From positions 34,009 to 98,008 of the forward strand of contig JBFRWN010000142.1 in assembly GCA_051439605.1 (NCBI GenBank): a DNA stretch of 64,000 bases, given 5' to 3'. The notes under the pieces are model-generated. The model had not been told where the DNA came from and did not search any database. It saw nothing but the letters and a program-made list of their open reading frames with translations. The position numbers and the translations under genes are program-made. Shown here in pieces: positions 29,870 through 40,810 of the stretch (its first letter is position 1; each line of letters begins with the position of its first letter). The DNA is from Synechococcus sp. (GTDB lineage: Bacteria > Cyanobacteriota > Cyanobacteriia > Thermostichales > PCC-7336).

Positions 29870-31330
29870 ATGAAACTAACAATTTTTAATTCCTGGCGTA
29901 AGTCTGCATCTGTCATAATTTTATCAACAACTCTAATTCGTCTTTTGACTCTAGGTGCATATCCTCTAACAGATAGAACTGAGGCCCGCTATGGAGAAAT
30001 TGCCCGAAAAATGGCAGAGACTGGTGACTGGATTACACCACAGATTGAATACGGAGTGCCTTTTTGGGGTAAACCACCTTTATCGACATGGTTGACTGCT
30101 GGCTCGTACAAGCTATTTGATGTAAATGATTTTTCAGCTCGTCTGTCGTCATTTGTTCTTATATTTTTGGCTGTCTCTTTAGTTTATGTTTTAGCTAGAA
30201 GACGAAGTGTGGATCGCGCTCTTATTAGTAGCATGATATTGGCTACCACTTTAGGGTTTTTCGTTAGCAGTGGGGCAGTAATGACCGATCCAGCTTTAGT
30301 TTTTGGCACAACTTTATCGATGGTTGGATTTTGGCAGGCATTCCATTCATCTATATACCCTAACCGTTTGTGGGGCTATTTATTGTTTGTCGGTTTAGCT
30401 ATTGGGTTGCTTGCCAAGGGGCCAGTAAGCATTGTCTTGATTGTTCTTCCGATTTTTATTTGGCTACTTTGGCAGAAAAAACTAGGTGATGCTTGGCGAT
30501 CTATACCCTGGTTAAGCGGCACAGGTTTAATGTTATTTATTGCTCTACCCTGGTATTTTTTGGCAGAGGCTAAAACACCGGGTTTTATCAATTATTTTAT
30601 TGTAGGTGAGCACTGGAAGAGGTTTACTGAGAGTGGTTGGACAGGGGACCTGTATGGTAGTGGCCATGCTCATCCTTATGGCACGATCTGGCTGTACTGG
30701 CTGCTGGCTGCTTTTCCTTGGTCATTACTTTGTATAACTTTAGTTGTCAAAACTCTCTTCAATCGCGCTCCACTGAATTTTGCCTCTTTAGAACACAATC
30801 GGGAATGGATTACATATCTGTTGGTATGGGCTATTACGCCCATGATGTTTTTCACTTTCTCTAGTAATATTTTATGGACTTATGTCTTACCAGGATTGCC
30901 TGCTTTTACTCTTTTGATGGCTGAGTTTTTCTTTTTATGTTTTCCTAGTAAAAAGACAAGCAAGCAAGTTATACTCATTGGCCTGGTTGTTCCTTTGATA
31001 TTTCTGCTTGGGTTCCCAGCTGTTGTTAATTTGGCTAATAAAAACTCTCAAAAGTATGTCATTAGCCAGTATCAAGAGTTGTGCGGCGGTTCTAATTGTC
31101 AGTTGGCTTATTATTTTGAAATGCCTTACTCAGCAGAATTTTATTCTGGAGGTAAAGCTATCGAAGTACGTGATATGAATCACGCGAATCAACTTCTTGA
31201 AGATTCAAATCAAGATCGGATCTTCTTTGTCGTAAGAACAAGGGAAATTGGAGATTTTTCAAAAGAATTCGGAATTCAGATTGATGAGCTTAGAGAATAT
31301 AATGGTTATACACTTCTTCGTGCTCATTAA
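29870..31330 (+). CDS. ArnT/PMT-family (GT83/GT39-like) lipid-carrier-dependent glycosyltransferase
   Basis: EARYGEIARKM..TGDW, GKPPL, LAKGP and PWY motifs; AT-rich, no HIP1 seen. Confidence 0.9.
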   Translation: MKLTIFNSWRKSASVIILSTTLIRLLTLGAYPLTDRTEARYGEIARKMAETGDWITPQIEYGVPFWGKPPLSTWLTAGSYKLFDVNDFSARLSSFVLIFLAVSLVYVLARRRSVDRALISSMILATTLGFFVSSGAVMTDPALVFGTTLSMVGFWQAFHSSIYPNRLWGYLLFVGLAIGLLAKGPVSIVLIVLPIFIWLLWQKKLGDAWRSIPWLSGTGLMLFIALPWYFLAEAKTPGFINYFIVGEHWKRFTESGWTGDLYGSGHAHPYGTIWLYWLLAAFPWSLLCITLVVKTLFNRAPLNFASLEHNREWITYLLVWAITPMMFFTFSSNILWTYVLPGLPAFTLLMAEFFFLCFPSKKTSKQVILIGLVVPLIFLLGFPAVVNLANKNSQKYVISQYQELCGGSNCQLAYYFEMPYSAEFYSGGKAIEVRDMNHANQLLEDSNQDRIFFVVRTREIGDFSKEFGIQIDELREYNGYTLLRAH

Positions 31331-31603
31331 TCGATCCAAATTCTTATGTAGGTGGTTGGAAACTTTCAGAATTTGTTTGAGGTCTAAACCGCAGTGACGG
31401 TAGAGTTTTTCACTCTGCTATGAACTGTCTATACTGACAAAGCGAGCGTATTGTTAAGCAAAGTATTATCCTCTTTTTTGCGCTCGAGAATCCTATGCAA
31501 TCCAACGTTCCGACATCACTCTCTTACCTAAACCGGATCTACATGCCAACCATTGCGAGAGTTATAACAGTAGTTTCCGTTGCCATAGTCCCTATCGATG
31601 ATG

Positions 31604-32260
31604 TCATCTCTTTTCTTGGGTATAAAGAAGACCGCTTAAGCAAATCATTAACCAGCTTAAACCCAGCCCATAGCCTCCAAGCACATCAGTCAACCAATGA
31701 ACGCCGTTGTATAGACAGCCAATGCCCATTAATAGAACCCAAAGGATAGCGGTGGTATAGAAGAAAACTGAATACTTTGGGTATCGATTAGATAAAAGGA
31801 CAGCCAGGAATAGATACATCACGGAGTTGCCGGTGGCATGACCGCTCGGGAAAGCAGCCCCACTAATAGTGGGGTCGGAAAAAAAGGGGGGGCGTTCTCT
31901 GTTAAAGAACGGTTTGAAGACTAGATCGACCCAAACTAAGGCTCCACCAGTTGCGAGCGAAAAAAACAATGCTTCCAAAAATTTTTTCTTCCAGATCAGT
32001 AGCCCGATCGTACAGGCTACGACGATAGCGGAAGATTCGGCGTCTCCAGCATAATAAGCAAACTTGAGTATCCAACCCGGCCCGCTAGGAACTGTTTGAT
32101 GCAGCCAAGTAATAATGTTGGTTTCGAAGGCTAAGTTCTGATTTTGAAGTATGAGAATACACAAGCCCAAAAATGCCGAGCTTGATATTATACCTGTCCA
32201 GAGTCTGACTTTGGCTAAGTAAAAGAGTCCGGATTGACTCTCAACAGCTTGAAACTTCAT
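31604..32260 (-). CDS. PAP2-family phosphatase (possible undecaprenyl-PP phosphatase)
   Basis: K..FNRERP, FPSGH and GVHWLTDVLGG. Confidence 0.9.
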   Translation of the reverse strand: MKFQAVESQSGLFYLAKVRLWTGIISSSAFLGLCILILQNQNLAFETNIITWLHQTVPSGPGWILKFAYYAGDAESSAIVVACTIGLLIWKKKFLEALFFSLATGGALVWVDLVFKPFFNRERPPFFSDPTISGAAFPSGHATGNSVMYLFLAVLLSNRYPKYSVFFYTTAILWVLLMGIGCLYNGVHWLTDVLGGYGLGLSWLMICLSGLLYTQEKR

Positions 32261-32808
32261 AAACGACTCATAAAAGGACAGGCTTGGCAGGTCGATCGCC
32301 CAGCCAAACCATATTGCTAACAAGGCCTGTCAAAGAAGTAATGGATCTTCAGGACATGAGACATCAAATTAGCCGTTGCCTGGGGTTACATCCTTTTTAC
32401 GTAAGTTGGCGGCCAGTTACGTGATGCAGGCTTGCAGAAAAAGCGATCGCAAATCTGGCAAAGGCTTCTTTCAAACGATCGATGGGCTTTATCGACTTTT
32501 TAGGGCTGTTGCTGAGCACTAAATACATCTACTTCGGCAGCGACTTCCGATTGGGAAAGGGTTCCTTGGTTTTGAGCACTGTTTATGTCCTCTATCCCAC
32601 GATTTCTGAGCTCGGCGAGCACATTGGGCAGGATTTTATACAGCATCTAGCAATCAACGAACGCGATCCTTCGTCAACTATACAGTCGCTTTAAAGGAAC
32701 TCAAAACCCTAGAATGAGGAAAGACTATTCGCTTGTCTGTGCTTCATACTCCTTAGGGGATTGAGTCACGGGCTAAGCTAGAGGTTCTTTCTCTCCCCCA
32801 GTTCTTCT

Positions 32809-33912
32809 ATGTTTGTGTTTGCATCTATCGGCATTCTGGCCCTGTTGATTTTGGTACATGAGGCGGGTCACTTTGCCGCTGCACGACTGCAGGGGATTCA
32901 CGCCAATCGGTTTTCCATTGGCTTTGGACCCGTGGTGTGGCGCTATCAGGGGACACAAACCGAATATGCATTGCGGGCGTTGCCACTGGGGGGATTTGTT
33001 GGGTTCCCTGATGATGACCCCGACTGCCCCTATCCGCTGGACGATCCCAACCTGCTGCGCAACCGCCCCGTCCTCGATCGCGCGGTGGTGATGTCGGCGG
33101 GGGTGATTGCCAATCTGGTCTTTGCCTATATCGTGCTGCTGACAATGGTGATTACCATTGGTGTGCCCACTCCAGCCCAGTTCAACCCCGGTATTTTTAT
33201 TCCTGAAGTGACGGCGAACGGCCCCGCTCAGGTGGCTGGAATCGAGCCTGGAGATTTGATTTTACAGGTGGAGGACCTCGATTTTCGTCAGGTGAGCGAT
33301 CGCGAGTCGGCCGAGGATGCCATTAGCGAATTTCAGACGATTGTGCGGGATAATCCCAGCACAGGCTTAGCCATTACGCTAGAGCGCCAAGGGGACAGCG
33401 CCCCTAAAATTGTTGAAGTCACTCCGCAAGTCCCTGAAGGGGGCAATAATCCCGTCATTGGAGTTTCACTTGCCCCGAATCAAGACATAGTCTTCGAAAC
33501 TCCTGACGGAATTGGCGAAGTACTGGCCGCCTCTAGTAGCGCCTACCAGCGGATCGTAGGGTTGAACGTGCAGGGATTCCGGCAATTGTTGGGGAACTTC
33601 CAAAATACAGCGGGGCAAATTTCTGGGCCTGTAGGAATTGTCAAAATTGGCGCCGATCTAGCCCGCGATAATTCCTCCAGCCTGTTCAACTTTGCGGCCC
33701 TGATCAGCATTAACTTGGCCATTATCAATATCCTGCCGCTACCGGCGCTGGATGGGGGCCACCTGATTTTTCTGCTGCTGGAGGCCATCAGAGGCAAGCG
33801 ATTGCCCAAGAATGTTGAAGAAGGGGTGATGCAAGCAGGCTTAGTGCTGCTACTGGGATTAGGTGTGGTGCTGATTCTAAAGGACACCGCGAGCATCGTG
33901 ACGGGGGGCTAG
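32809..33912 (+). CDS. rseP: RIP metalloprotease RseP (M50, with PDZ)
   Basis: HEAGH, FSIGFGP, PLGGFV and NILPLPALDGG. Confidence 0.96.
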   Translation: MFVFASIGILALLILVHEAGHFAAARLQGIHANRFSIGFGPVVWRYQGTQTEYALRALPLGGFVGFPDDDPDCPYPLDDPNLLRNRPVLDRAVVMSAGVIANLVFAYIVLLTMVITIGVPTPAQFNPGIFIPEVTANGPAQVAGIEPGDLILQVEDLDFRQVSDRESAEDAISEFQTIVRDNPSTGLAITLERQGDSAPKIVEVTPQVPEGGNNPVIGVSLAPNQDIVFETPDGIGEVLAASSSAYQRIVGLNVQGFRQLLGNFQNTAGQISGPVGIVKIGADLARDNSSSLFNFAALISINLAIINILPLPALDGGHLIFLLLEAIRGKRLPKNVEEGVMQAGLVLLLGLGVVLILKDTASIVTGG

Positions 33913-33913
33913 A

Positions 33914-34627
33914 GTGGGGCGACCGTCAAAGATAAAACTGCGAGCGCAGGAAATTCTCCTGCGTCTGAAGCAGGAATATCCTCATTCCACTTGCGCCCTC
34001 AACTACGACACGCCACTGCAACTGCTGGTGGCGGTCATTTTATCGGCGCAATGTACCGATAAGCGGGTGAATATGGTCACCCCTGAACTGTTCCGTCATT
34101 ACCCAGATGCCCCAGCATTTGCGATGGCCGATCGCGACGACATCGAGACGTTAATCCACTCGACGGGGTTTTATCGCAACAAGTCCAAACATATTCAGGG
34201 GGCTTGCCAAAAGATCGTCAAGGAGTTTGGCGGTAGGGTACCCCGCACCATGGCGGAACTTCTGACACTACCCGGAGTCGCCCGTAAAACCGCCAATGTT
34301 GTTTTGGCCCATGCCTTTGGCATTAATGCCGGTGTCACGGTGGATACTCACGTTAAGCGCCTTAGCAACCGTCTTCAACTGACCAAGTTTGAGGATCCCG
34401 TTCGCATCGAAAAGGACCTAATGAAACTGATTCCTCAACCCGATTGGGAGAATTGGTCCATTCGCTTGATTGACCACGGAAGAGCTATCTGCGACGCTCG
34501 CAAACCCAGATGCTCGGACTGCTGTCTCATGGATTTGTGCCCCACGGGTCAGCTGATCTTAGAAGCACCGACAGCCCCCAAGACCACGAAAGGACGCAAA
34601 AAAACTAAAGTTACCAAATCTGCTTAG
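33914..34627 (+). CDS. nth: Endonuclease III
   Basis: LSAQCTD, HhH LPGVARKTAN, VDTHV and CDARKPRC..C...C Fe-S motif. Confidence 0.97.
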   Translation: MGRPSKIKLRAQEILLRLKQEYPHSTCALNYDTPLQLLVAVILSAQCTDKRVNMVTPELFRHYPDAPAFAMADRDDIETLIHSTGFYRNKSKHIQGACQKIVKEFGGRVPRTMAELLTLPGVARKTANVVLAHAFGINAGVTVDTHVKRLSNRLQLTKFEDPVRIEKDLMKLIPQPDWENWSIRLIDHGRAICDARKPRCSDCCLMDLCPTGQLILEAPTAPKTTKGRKKTKVTKSA

Positions 34628-34693
34628 CCACCTATCCACACCCGAGGTATTTGCCGGAGCGTTCTGAACGCAGGCTCCATATGTTCCGCTAAG

Positions 34694-35308
34694 CTAATAA
34701 GTTTTTGAGCGGCGCACCGTGCACTTCAACTCTTCCCCCTGCCAATTCACGAGAGCTTCATTCCCCTGCGTCCAGAACTCAACTCCATCCCCCGAATATC
34801 TTGCACCGCTGGCGCTGGGGCTTAAGAACGTCATGACGGAACTGTTGCCTCGTTCTAAACCCGCTACAGCAGGGGTTGTAGGGTAGTAGAGAGCAACAAT
34901 TTTGTCTGCCGCATTGCCATTACAACTAAACGTGGTCGATGCATTGGAAGTCACAAGATTCCAGGCTGCTTGTAGCTCGGCAATACGCAACCGATAACTG
35001 GTTTCCACACAGGCGCGCGCGTTCTTACTGCGATCGCAATCATTGCGTTCACGTAGCCAACTGAGCTGTTGGTTTTCGACAGATCCTTCTGGTACCTGTC
35101 GCGAGCGAGCGAGGGCAGAAGCATAGACATCGGCCAACTTGCGATCGAGGGCAGCCAGTCCTTCATCTCCACAAATCAAGTGTTCTACAGGTACTGAGGC
35201 ACGGTTGCAATCGTAACTCGGTGGGACAGCAGAAACGTCCTGTGAAGCTACAAAAATTCCTGCACAGGCGATCGCGATGTTTAAAGCGATTCGGCCAAAC
35301 TTCGGCAT
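34694..35308 (-). CDS. Secreted LprI-like (DUF1311) + MliC lysozyme-inhibitor-like protein
   Basis: PSYDC..A...VEHLIC...LAALD, Q..WL..RN.C; C-terminal SASGARY...FW.QG.EA. Confidence 0.85.
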   Translation of the reverse strand: MPKFGRIALNIAIACAGIFVASQDVSAVPPSYDCNRASVPVEHLICGDEGLAALDRKLADVYASALARSRQVPEGSVENQQLSWLRERNDCDRSKNARACVETSYRLRIAELQAAWNLVTSNASTTFSCNGNAADKIVALYYPTTPAVAGLERGNSSVMTFLSPSASGARYSGDGVEFWTQGNEALVNWQGEELKCTVRRSKTY

Positions 35309-35648
35309 GAACGAGTCCTCGATATCAAACTGCAAACCAGTACCTATGCAAACCAGTATCTAAGATAGTCACAGAGATTTTCCACGGTCATAACTGGTTG
35401 TCCAACACCTCCCAATTTCGATGAGAGATTGCGATGATGTCGAATTCCAGACTAAAAGCCTTAATTCCATTAGGGTCGAAAGAAGCTCTGATTCAGTAAC
35501 CTATCGGACTGTGGCTCCAGCCCTGACTATGGCGTCAGAACAACATGCTGCAGAGAGACATGATGAATCTTTGTGAGGGGGTATGCCCCCTATCGAACAT
35601 CTGTTGCTATTACAGACGGTAACCCATGGTTAGGTCGGGTAGCTTGGC

Positions 35649-36698
35649 ATGAATTCGCTCACTTTATTAATCAATGTGGCGATCGGCTTGTTTGCAATCT
35701 ATCTCTTCAATAGCGTTTTAATTTCTCAGCTTCAAGAGGCGTTAGCCATCCTATTTCAGTGGCGGGCAAGACATCTCAAGCGCTCAATCGGGTTGATGCT
35801 TGATGGTATGCAAGAGGCTGGGGTGGATCGGAAAGAAACCAGGATTGTCGATCGGCTTTACGCCAATCCACTGATTGTTAGTCTTTCCCAAAGTAGCAAC
35901 AGCTCATCATTTTGGAAGCGCGAACCTACTTCAATCCCCGCCGATATATTCACAGCTGCACTGTTTGAAACTTTGTCTGGCGGCCAAAAGGTCAATGTCG
36001 TAGCAGATTTTGACTACACACAACTACGCCAAGCCGTGAACGAAACGGCGATCCCACAGCCACTGCGAGACAACTTGCTGATTCTGCTCTCCAAAGCTCA
36101 GTCGAAGTCCTCCTCACCAACCACGTCCAATGCACCTATTGCATCTTCAATCCCTCCCCCTGCAGTCACCTCAACACTCTCCCCCTCCCAGGCTTTTCGC
36201 GAGGAGGTGGAGAATTGGTTCGAGCGCACGATGGATCGTGCCTCTGATGTCTACAAAGCGAACGTTACAAAACTAGCCCTCGGCATTGCTCTCGTCGTTG
36301 TGCTCGCGGGTAATATCGATACGTTTTATATCGCTCAAAGACTCTATACAGAAGCTCCATTGCGGGACGCGCTTTCTTCAGTGACGACCGAAGCGATCGC
36401 CGAGCAAGCCCAGACCGAAAGCGAAAGTTGTCTTGCTGGACAAGCCTCAAAAGAATGTCTGCAATATATCAACGGTCAGGTGGACTTTGTCATTTCTAGC
36501 GGGCTTGAACTTCCTGTCGGTTGGACATTATCCCGGTGGGAAACAGCCACTAGCTCTATTTGGATAGCAATAGCTAAGGGGGTAGGTATACTGGTCAGCG
36601 GCCTAGCAATTTCTCAAGGGGCTCCGTTCTGGTTTCAAGTGCTGAATAGGGTGGTGGGACTGCGGGAATCCATTAGCAAGCGATCGAGTTCCACTTAA
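35649..36698 (+). CDS. Conserved hypothetical membrane protein
   Basis: N- and C-terminal TMs; ENWF..TMDRAS..YK and GAPFWF motifs; Ser/Pro-rich insert. Confidence 0.8.
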   Translation: MNSLTLLINVAIGLFAIYLFNSVLISQLQEALAILFQWRARHLKRSIGLMLDGMQEAGVDRKETRIVDRLYANPLIVSLSQSSNSSSFWKREPTSIPADIFTAALFETLSGGQKVNVVADFDYTQLRQAVNETAIPQPLRDNLLILLSKAQSKSSSPTTSNAPIASSIPPPAVTSTLSPSQAFREEVENWFERTMDRASDVYKANVTKLALGIALVVVLAGNIDTFYIAQRLYTEAPLRDALSSVTTEAIAEQAQTESESCLAGQASKECLQYINGQVDFVISSGLELPVGWTLSRWETATSSIWIAIAKGVGILVSGLAISQGAPFWFQVLNRVVGLRESISKRSSST

Positions 36699-36874
36699 GG
36701 AAACATTCACCATGCGGAGGCTGCGGAGGTTAGGCAGAGGTCCCGGACTCTTGGAGTGTTTGATTGAGTTTTGTTCAGCCGAAAATTTCTGAATGGAGAT
36801 CGCTAACACTTGAAATTCCGCAGAAGAACCGCTTTCGCTGCGAGAATGAGAGCCAAGACATTTCACATAACGCT

Positions 36875-37576
36875 ATGACCTCGGAAATTTGGCAGCAGTA
36901 TTTCGATGTAGGCATGCGCGCCGGAAAGTTGGGGGACTTTGAAAAGGCCGAGAGTAACTTTCGAGCGGCCATTGCCATGGCTCCCGACGAACCCTACCCC
37001 CACTACGAGTTGGGGTATACCATGCTGCTGCAGAGGGACTATGAAGAGGCTCTGGCAGAGTTTCGCCGCACCAACGAGTTAGCACGGGGATTTTTTCAGG
37101 TGCAGGCGGAGATATACATGTGCGAGCAACTGCTAGCTGGCGAAATTGACGAGCATGTCATGTCTTTGATTCAGCGACTTCAGCAGATGTCGGAGGGAAA
37201 GACTGCTACGGGCAAACAAGCGGAGGAGGTGGCCCGCGACATCATCCGTTTTTCCCCCAACTGCGCCCTCGGACATCTGTATTTGGGTAAAGCGCTGTTG
37301 CGTAAAGATCCGGTTCAAGCCGAAGCGTCTCTAGAGCGCTGCTTGGAACTGACCCCCGACGAGACCACGGCGATCGATGCTCAGTCCCACATTGGATTGT
37401 TGTGGAGTAATGACGGTCGTTCTTCTGATGCCCGCCAACTGTGGAGCGAACTGCGGGGCACTTATGCCGGACATCCTCAACTTCAGGTTCTTGACCGGTT
37501 AGTCAATGGAGATTCTGCAAGTGAAAAACGGCGATCGACCTCCAGTTTTTGGCAGAAATTATTCGGGCAGCTCTAG
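36875..37576 (+). CDS. Tetratricopeptide repeat protein
   Basis: TPR patterns (G..EKA...FRAAIAMAP, LGKALL...A...LERCLELTP); ATG at 36875. Confidence 0.82.
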   Translation: MTSEIWQQYFDVGMRAGKLGDFEKAESNFRAAIAMAPDEPYPHYELGYTMLLQRDYEEALAEFRRTNELARGFFQVQAEIYMCEQLLAGEIDEHVMSLIQRLQQMSEGKTATGKQAEEVARDIIRFSPNCALGHLYLGKALLRKDPVQAEASLERCLELTPDETTAIDAQSHIGLLWSNDGRSSDARQLWSELRGTYAGHPQLQVLDRLVNGDSASEKRRSTSSFWQKLFGQL

Positions 37577-37967
37577 GCAGATTGGATGACGCGAGGTCTT
37601 CCTCAACGCTACTGCTTCCCGAAGTCTTTCTATGGGGATAGAAAGCGGTTGAAGATTATGTGGACATCTAAATCGTATCGCTATGCTTGTTAAGACCTTT
37701 CAACCGAGCATATAGACGAATGCATAATAGGTGAAATCCTTATATTTAAAGATCGGCCAACGATTGCAATCCTCTGGATTCCCTATAGCCAAAGGGTTTT
37801 ACGGGGGGAAGACGAACACGTTCGGTTTGACAGCATTAGATAGATATTCTATAAAGATGGCTGTCTACTAACTTATTCAACTGCTCTCCAGAATGAGGCG
37901 TTGAATTGTTTCAACCCACTTCCCGAGCAGTTTTTTGGATTATTAATAGCTAGATAGGGATTCTGTC

Positions 37968-38525
37968 ATGCTCGTTCACCTAGCACCAATACATAGGTTT
38001 GGAGCTCTATCCCTTCTATTAGGGCTCACAACACTGTGCTCATTGCCGGCTGCTGCCATGGCCCAACAAGCAGAAATCCAGCAACTGGAGGACTTCCTTA
38101 CTCCCAAAAGGCAGCCTGCTCCATCCGCTGCACAACCGGCTCGCTTCGATCCTCCCTCTGCTTCGATCGCTCCTCAACAGCCACAGAATGGCGCAAATAC
38201 CTCTCGCGATCCAAGGGATGCCCAAGATGTGGCTCCTGCCGATGGCATGGTGAGAGTAGAGAGTCGTAACGTCGCAGTGACAACAACCTCAGCTCCTCGT
38301 CTGGACCTCGGGCCGGAGTTCGGTGATGGTGAGTTCCTCGTACTGATGACCTATCAAGATGAAAGTAGCTTGATTCAGGCTAAACAGCATTCACAGGGTG
38401 CATTTGTCACTCAGTTCAATGGGGTGAACTATATTCAACTGGCAGTATTCGACCAATTGGAATATGCCCGACATATGGCTGACAATCTTCGCCGAGAAGG
38501 GATATCTGCCATTGTTCCGCATTAA
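37968..38525 (+). CDS. Secreted protein with a C-terminal SPOR-like domain
   Basis: Signal peptide, Pro/Gln linker, IQLAVFD...A..MADNLRREGISA. Confidence 0.7.
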   Translation: MLVHLAPIHRFGALSLLLGLTTLCSLPAAAMAQQAEIQQLEDFLTPKRQPAPSAAQPARFDPPSASIAPQQPQNGANTSRDPRDAQDVAPADGMVRVESRNVAVTTTSAPRLDLGPEFGDGEFLVLMTYQDESSLIQAKQHSQGAFVTQFNGVNYIQLAVFDQLEYARHMADNLRREGISAIVPH

Positions 38526-38823
38526 CCCTTGTTATAGATGTGCTATCACCACAATTGATAGTAGATGAGGATTCGAGCTGATTTAACATCAACTATTGAG
38601 ACCAACCGATCCCAAATCCTTTGTTCACCGTTCCATCGGCTCTTGAAGGTATACTGTTATCGCCAACTCTCAACAGTGAATTTATCTGCCTCCTTCACCC
38701 TGCACAGTCAGATGGTTTACCTTTGAAAGGCATTTCCGTGACTATGGTTTGCGCGTTCGAGTTCGCTTTTCCTGGATGCCGTCTGCGATGTTTGTTCCAA
38801 ACGAAGGTCTGCAAAGCTGAATT

Positions 38824-40809
38824 ATGACTGAGATCGGTCAACGTCTAAAAGGTCGGTACTTAATTTCCGATGTGTATGGTGGAGGGGGATTTTCGCTCAC
38901 CTACCTCGCTCAAGACATTCACCTGCCAGATCGTCCAGTCTGTGTTGTCAAGCAATTGAAAATTCTTGGCGATGATAGCCAACATGTTGAAAAAGCGCGC
39001 GAATTTTTTTTCAACGAAGCCAAAATCCTGAGACAACTCGGTAAAGCTCATAGCCAGATTCCTGAACTCTTAGCCTATTTCACTGACAATGATAGCGGAA
39101 ACTTTTATATCGTCCAGGAATTTGTTCCGGGCAAAACGCTGAAGCAAATCCTGGATGGCGGGACAAAGCTGTCCGAGACCGAAGTTATTTATATTCTCAA
39201 AGAAACGCTAGAGATTCTGGAGTTTGTCCACTCCTATAATGTGATTCACCTTGATATCAAACCGAGCAACTTAATCTTGCGGGATAGCGACTACAAGATT
39301 ACATTGATTGACTTCGGTTCGGTCAAGCAGGCCAGAACTCAGCTAGCAACCGAAACCAGTCTGACACCCCAAACAACGACTCTTGGAACCCCTGGCTACA
39401 TGCCCTGCGAGCAATCATTTGGTCGCCCCAAATTGAGCAGCGATTTTTATGCTCTAGGGATGGTTGCTATTCAGGCATTAACTGGTATTCATCCAAAAGA
39501 GCTCGAAGAAGACTTATCATCTGGCGAAATTCTCTGGCAAGAGCGAGCCTCACTGGGGCATGAATTGAAAGCGATCTTACAGAAGATGGTTCGCTATCAT
39601 TTCAAGCAGCGCTATCAATCTGCAGCAGAAATCTTGCAGGATATTGCTAATCTCCAACCGCTTTACAAAATAGATCTAAGTACTTGCCCCAAACCCTTAC
39701 AGGCGCTTGTGGAGCTGAATCAGCAACCTTTGCCGTCGTTTTCCAAGCGCACTCGTTCCAACATTAGTGACGCTGAGCTGGTAAGGATTAGCCAACCCAC
39801 TGTTGTGGCATCTGATAATGATGCACGCGGTGGCCTGAATCCGATGGATACCTCTGACTATCCCCCTCCTCCTTCACTTCGCCAACAGAAGGATATTGAC
39901 CCCCGCAAGTTATCCATTGACCTCGCCCGCCAACAAAACCTGTCCATTTGGCGCAAATCCCAAGACCGAGCATCTGCAGCGATTCGCTCCACGTGCAATT
40001 TGTATGTATCCTCAGCCGAACGCTTGCGGGCAATGCTGGCTGGCATTGATGTTAAGCCGAAGGTTTTTCTGGTTGGAACTTCGACAATCCTGTTTGGGAT
40101 GCTAGCGAGTTTAGCTGCCTTTCACGTTGTCGATCGGCAGGTTCTCAGATCGGAAGAGCGGGAGATTTTGAAAGAATCTCGTCGGCTTGCTACAGAAAAT
40201 TTGGAAGAGGCTATCCAGAAAGCGAGAGAAATTCCTCCACAGTCCCCCTTCTACGGGACCGCGACGGCTTACATCCAATCGCTGCTTGCGGAGCAACAGC
40301 TCGAGCAAGATCGAGATGTATTAGCAAGTGCCCGCACCTTAGCCTCTACTAACCGGGAAGCTGCGATAGAAACCATTTCTAAAATCACGACAGAGTCCTC
40401 CTTATTTGAGGAAGCCCAGCTCGACCGTTTAGTATGGCTAAGCGAGTTACTCGAATCACACCTAACCAGCAGTAGCCAAACATTAGCTGCACTCGATCCT
40501 CAAATTGATATCCAATTAGATGAGATCTTTCTGCAATACGACGACTCCTCCGATGCAAAACTGGCTAGTGAGGAGGGGATCGGGAGAGTAGCGATCGCTA
40601 CCATGTCTGTGCTGAGATCCAAATATACGGACTTTCGGCGTTTAACGATTTACCCAAGCGGGAATGGTTTGCAGGGAACGATCGACACAGATCTATGGGG
40701 GTCGTACGAAAACGGCGAGATTACTTTCGAACAGCTACTCGAGCGGGTACATGTGGTCGAGCGCGGTCATTCCACCTCAGATCGGCTTTCCGTTTCGAAA
40801 CAGTTATAG
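38824..40809 (+). CDS. Membrane Ser/Thr protein kinase (Pkn2 type) with an extracytoplasmic helical domain
   Basis: GGGGFS, VVKQL, HLDIKPSN, DFG and GTPGYMPCE; one TM. Confidence 0.95.
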   Translation: MTEIGQRLKGRYLISDVYGGGGFSLTYLAQDIHLPDRPVCVVKQLKILGDDSQHVEKAREFFFNEAKILRQLGKAHSQIPELLAYFTDNDSGNFYIVQEFVPGKTLKQILDGGTKLSETEVIYILKETLEILEFVHSYNVIHLDIKPSNLILRDSDYKITLIDFGSVKQARTQLATETSLTPQTTTLGTPGYMPCEQSFGRPKLSSDFYALGMVAIQALTGIHPKELEEDLSSGEILWQERASLGHELKAILQKMVRYHFKQRYQSAAEILQDIANLQPLYKIDLSTCPKPLQALVELNQQPLPSFSKRTRSNISDAELVRISQPTVVASDNDARGGLNPMDTSDYPPPPSLRQQKDIDPRKLSIDLARQQNLSIWRKSQDRASAAIRSTCNLYVSSAERLRAMLAGIDVKPKVFLVGTSTILFGMLASLAAFHVVDRQVLRSEEREILKESRRLATENLEEAIQKAREIPPQSPFYGTATAYIQSLLAEQQLEQDRDVLASARTLASTNREAAIETISKITTESSLFEEAQLDRLVWLSELLESHLTSSSQTLAALDPQIDIQLDEIFLQYDDSSDAKLASEEGIGRVAIATMSVLRSKYTDFRRLTIYPSGNGLQGTIDTDLWGSYENGEITFEQLLERVHVVERGHSTSDRLSVSKQL

Positions 40810-40810
40810 G

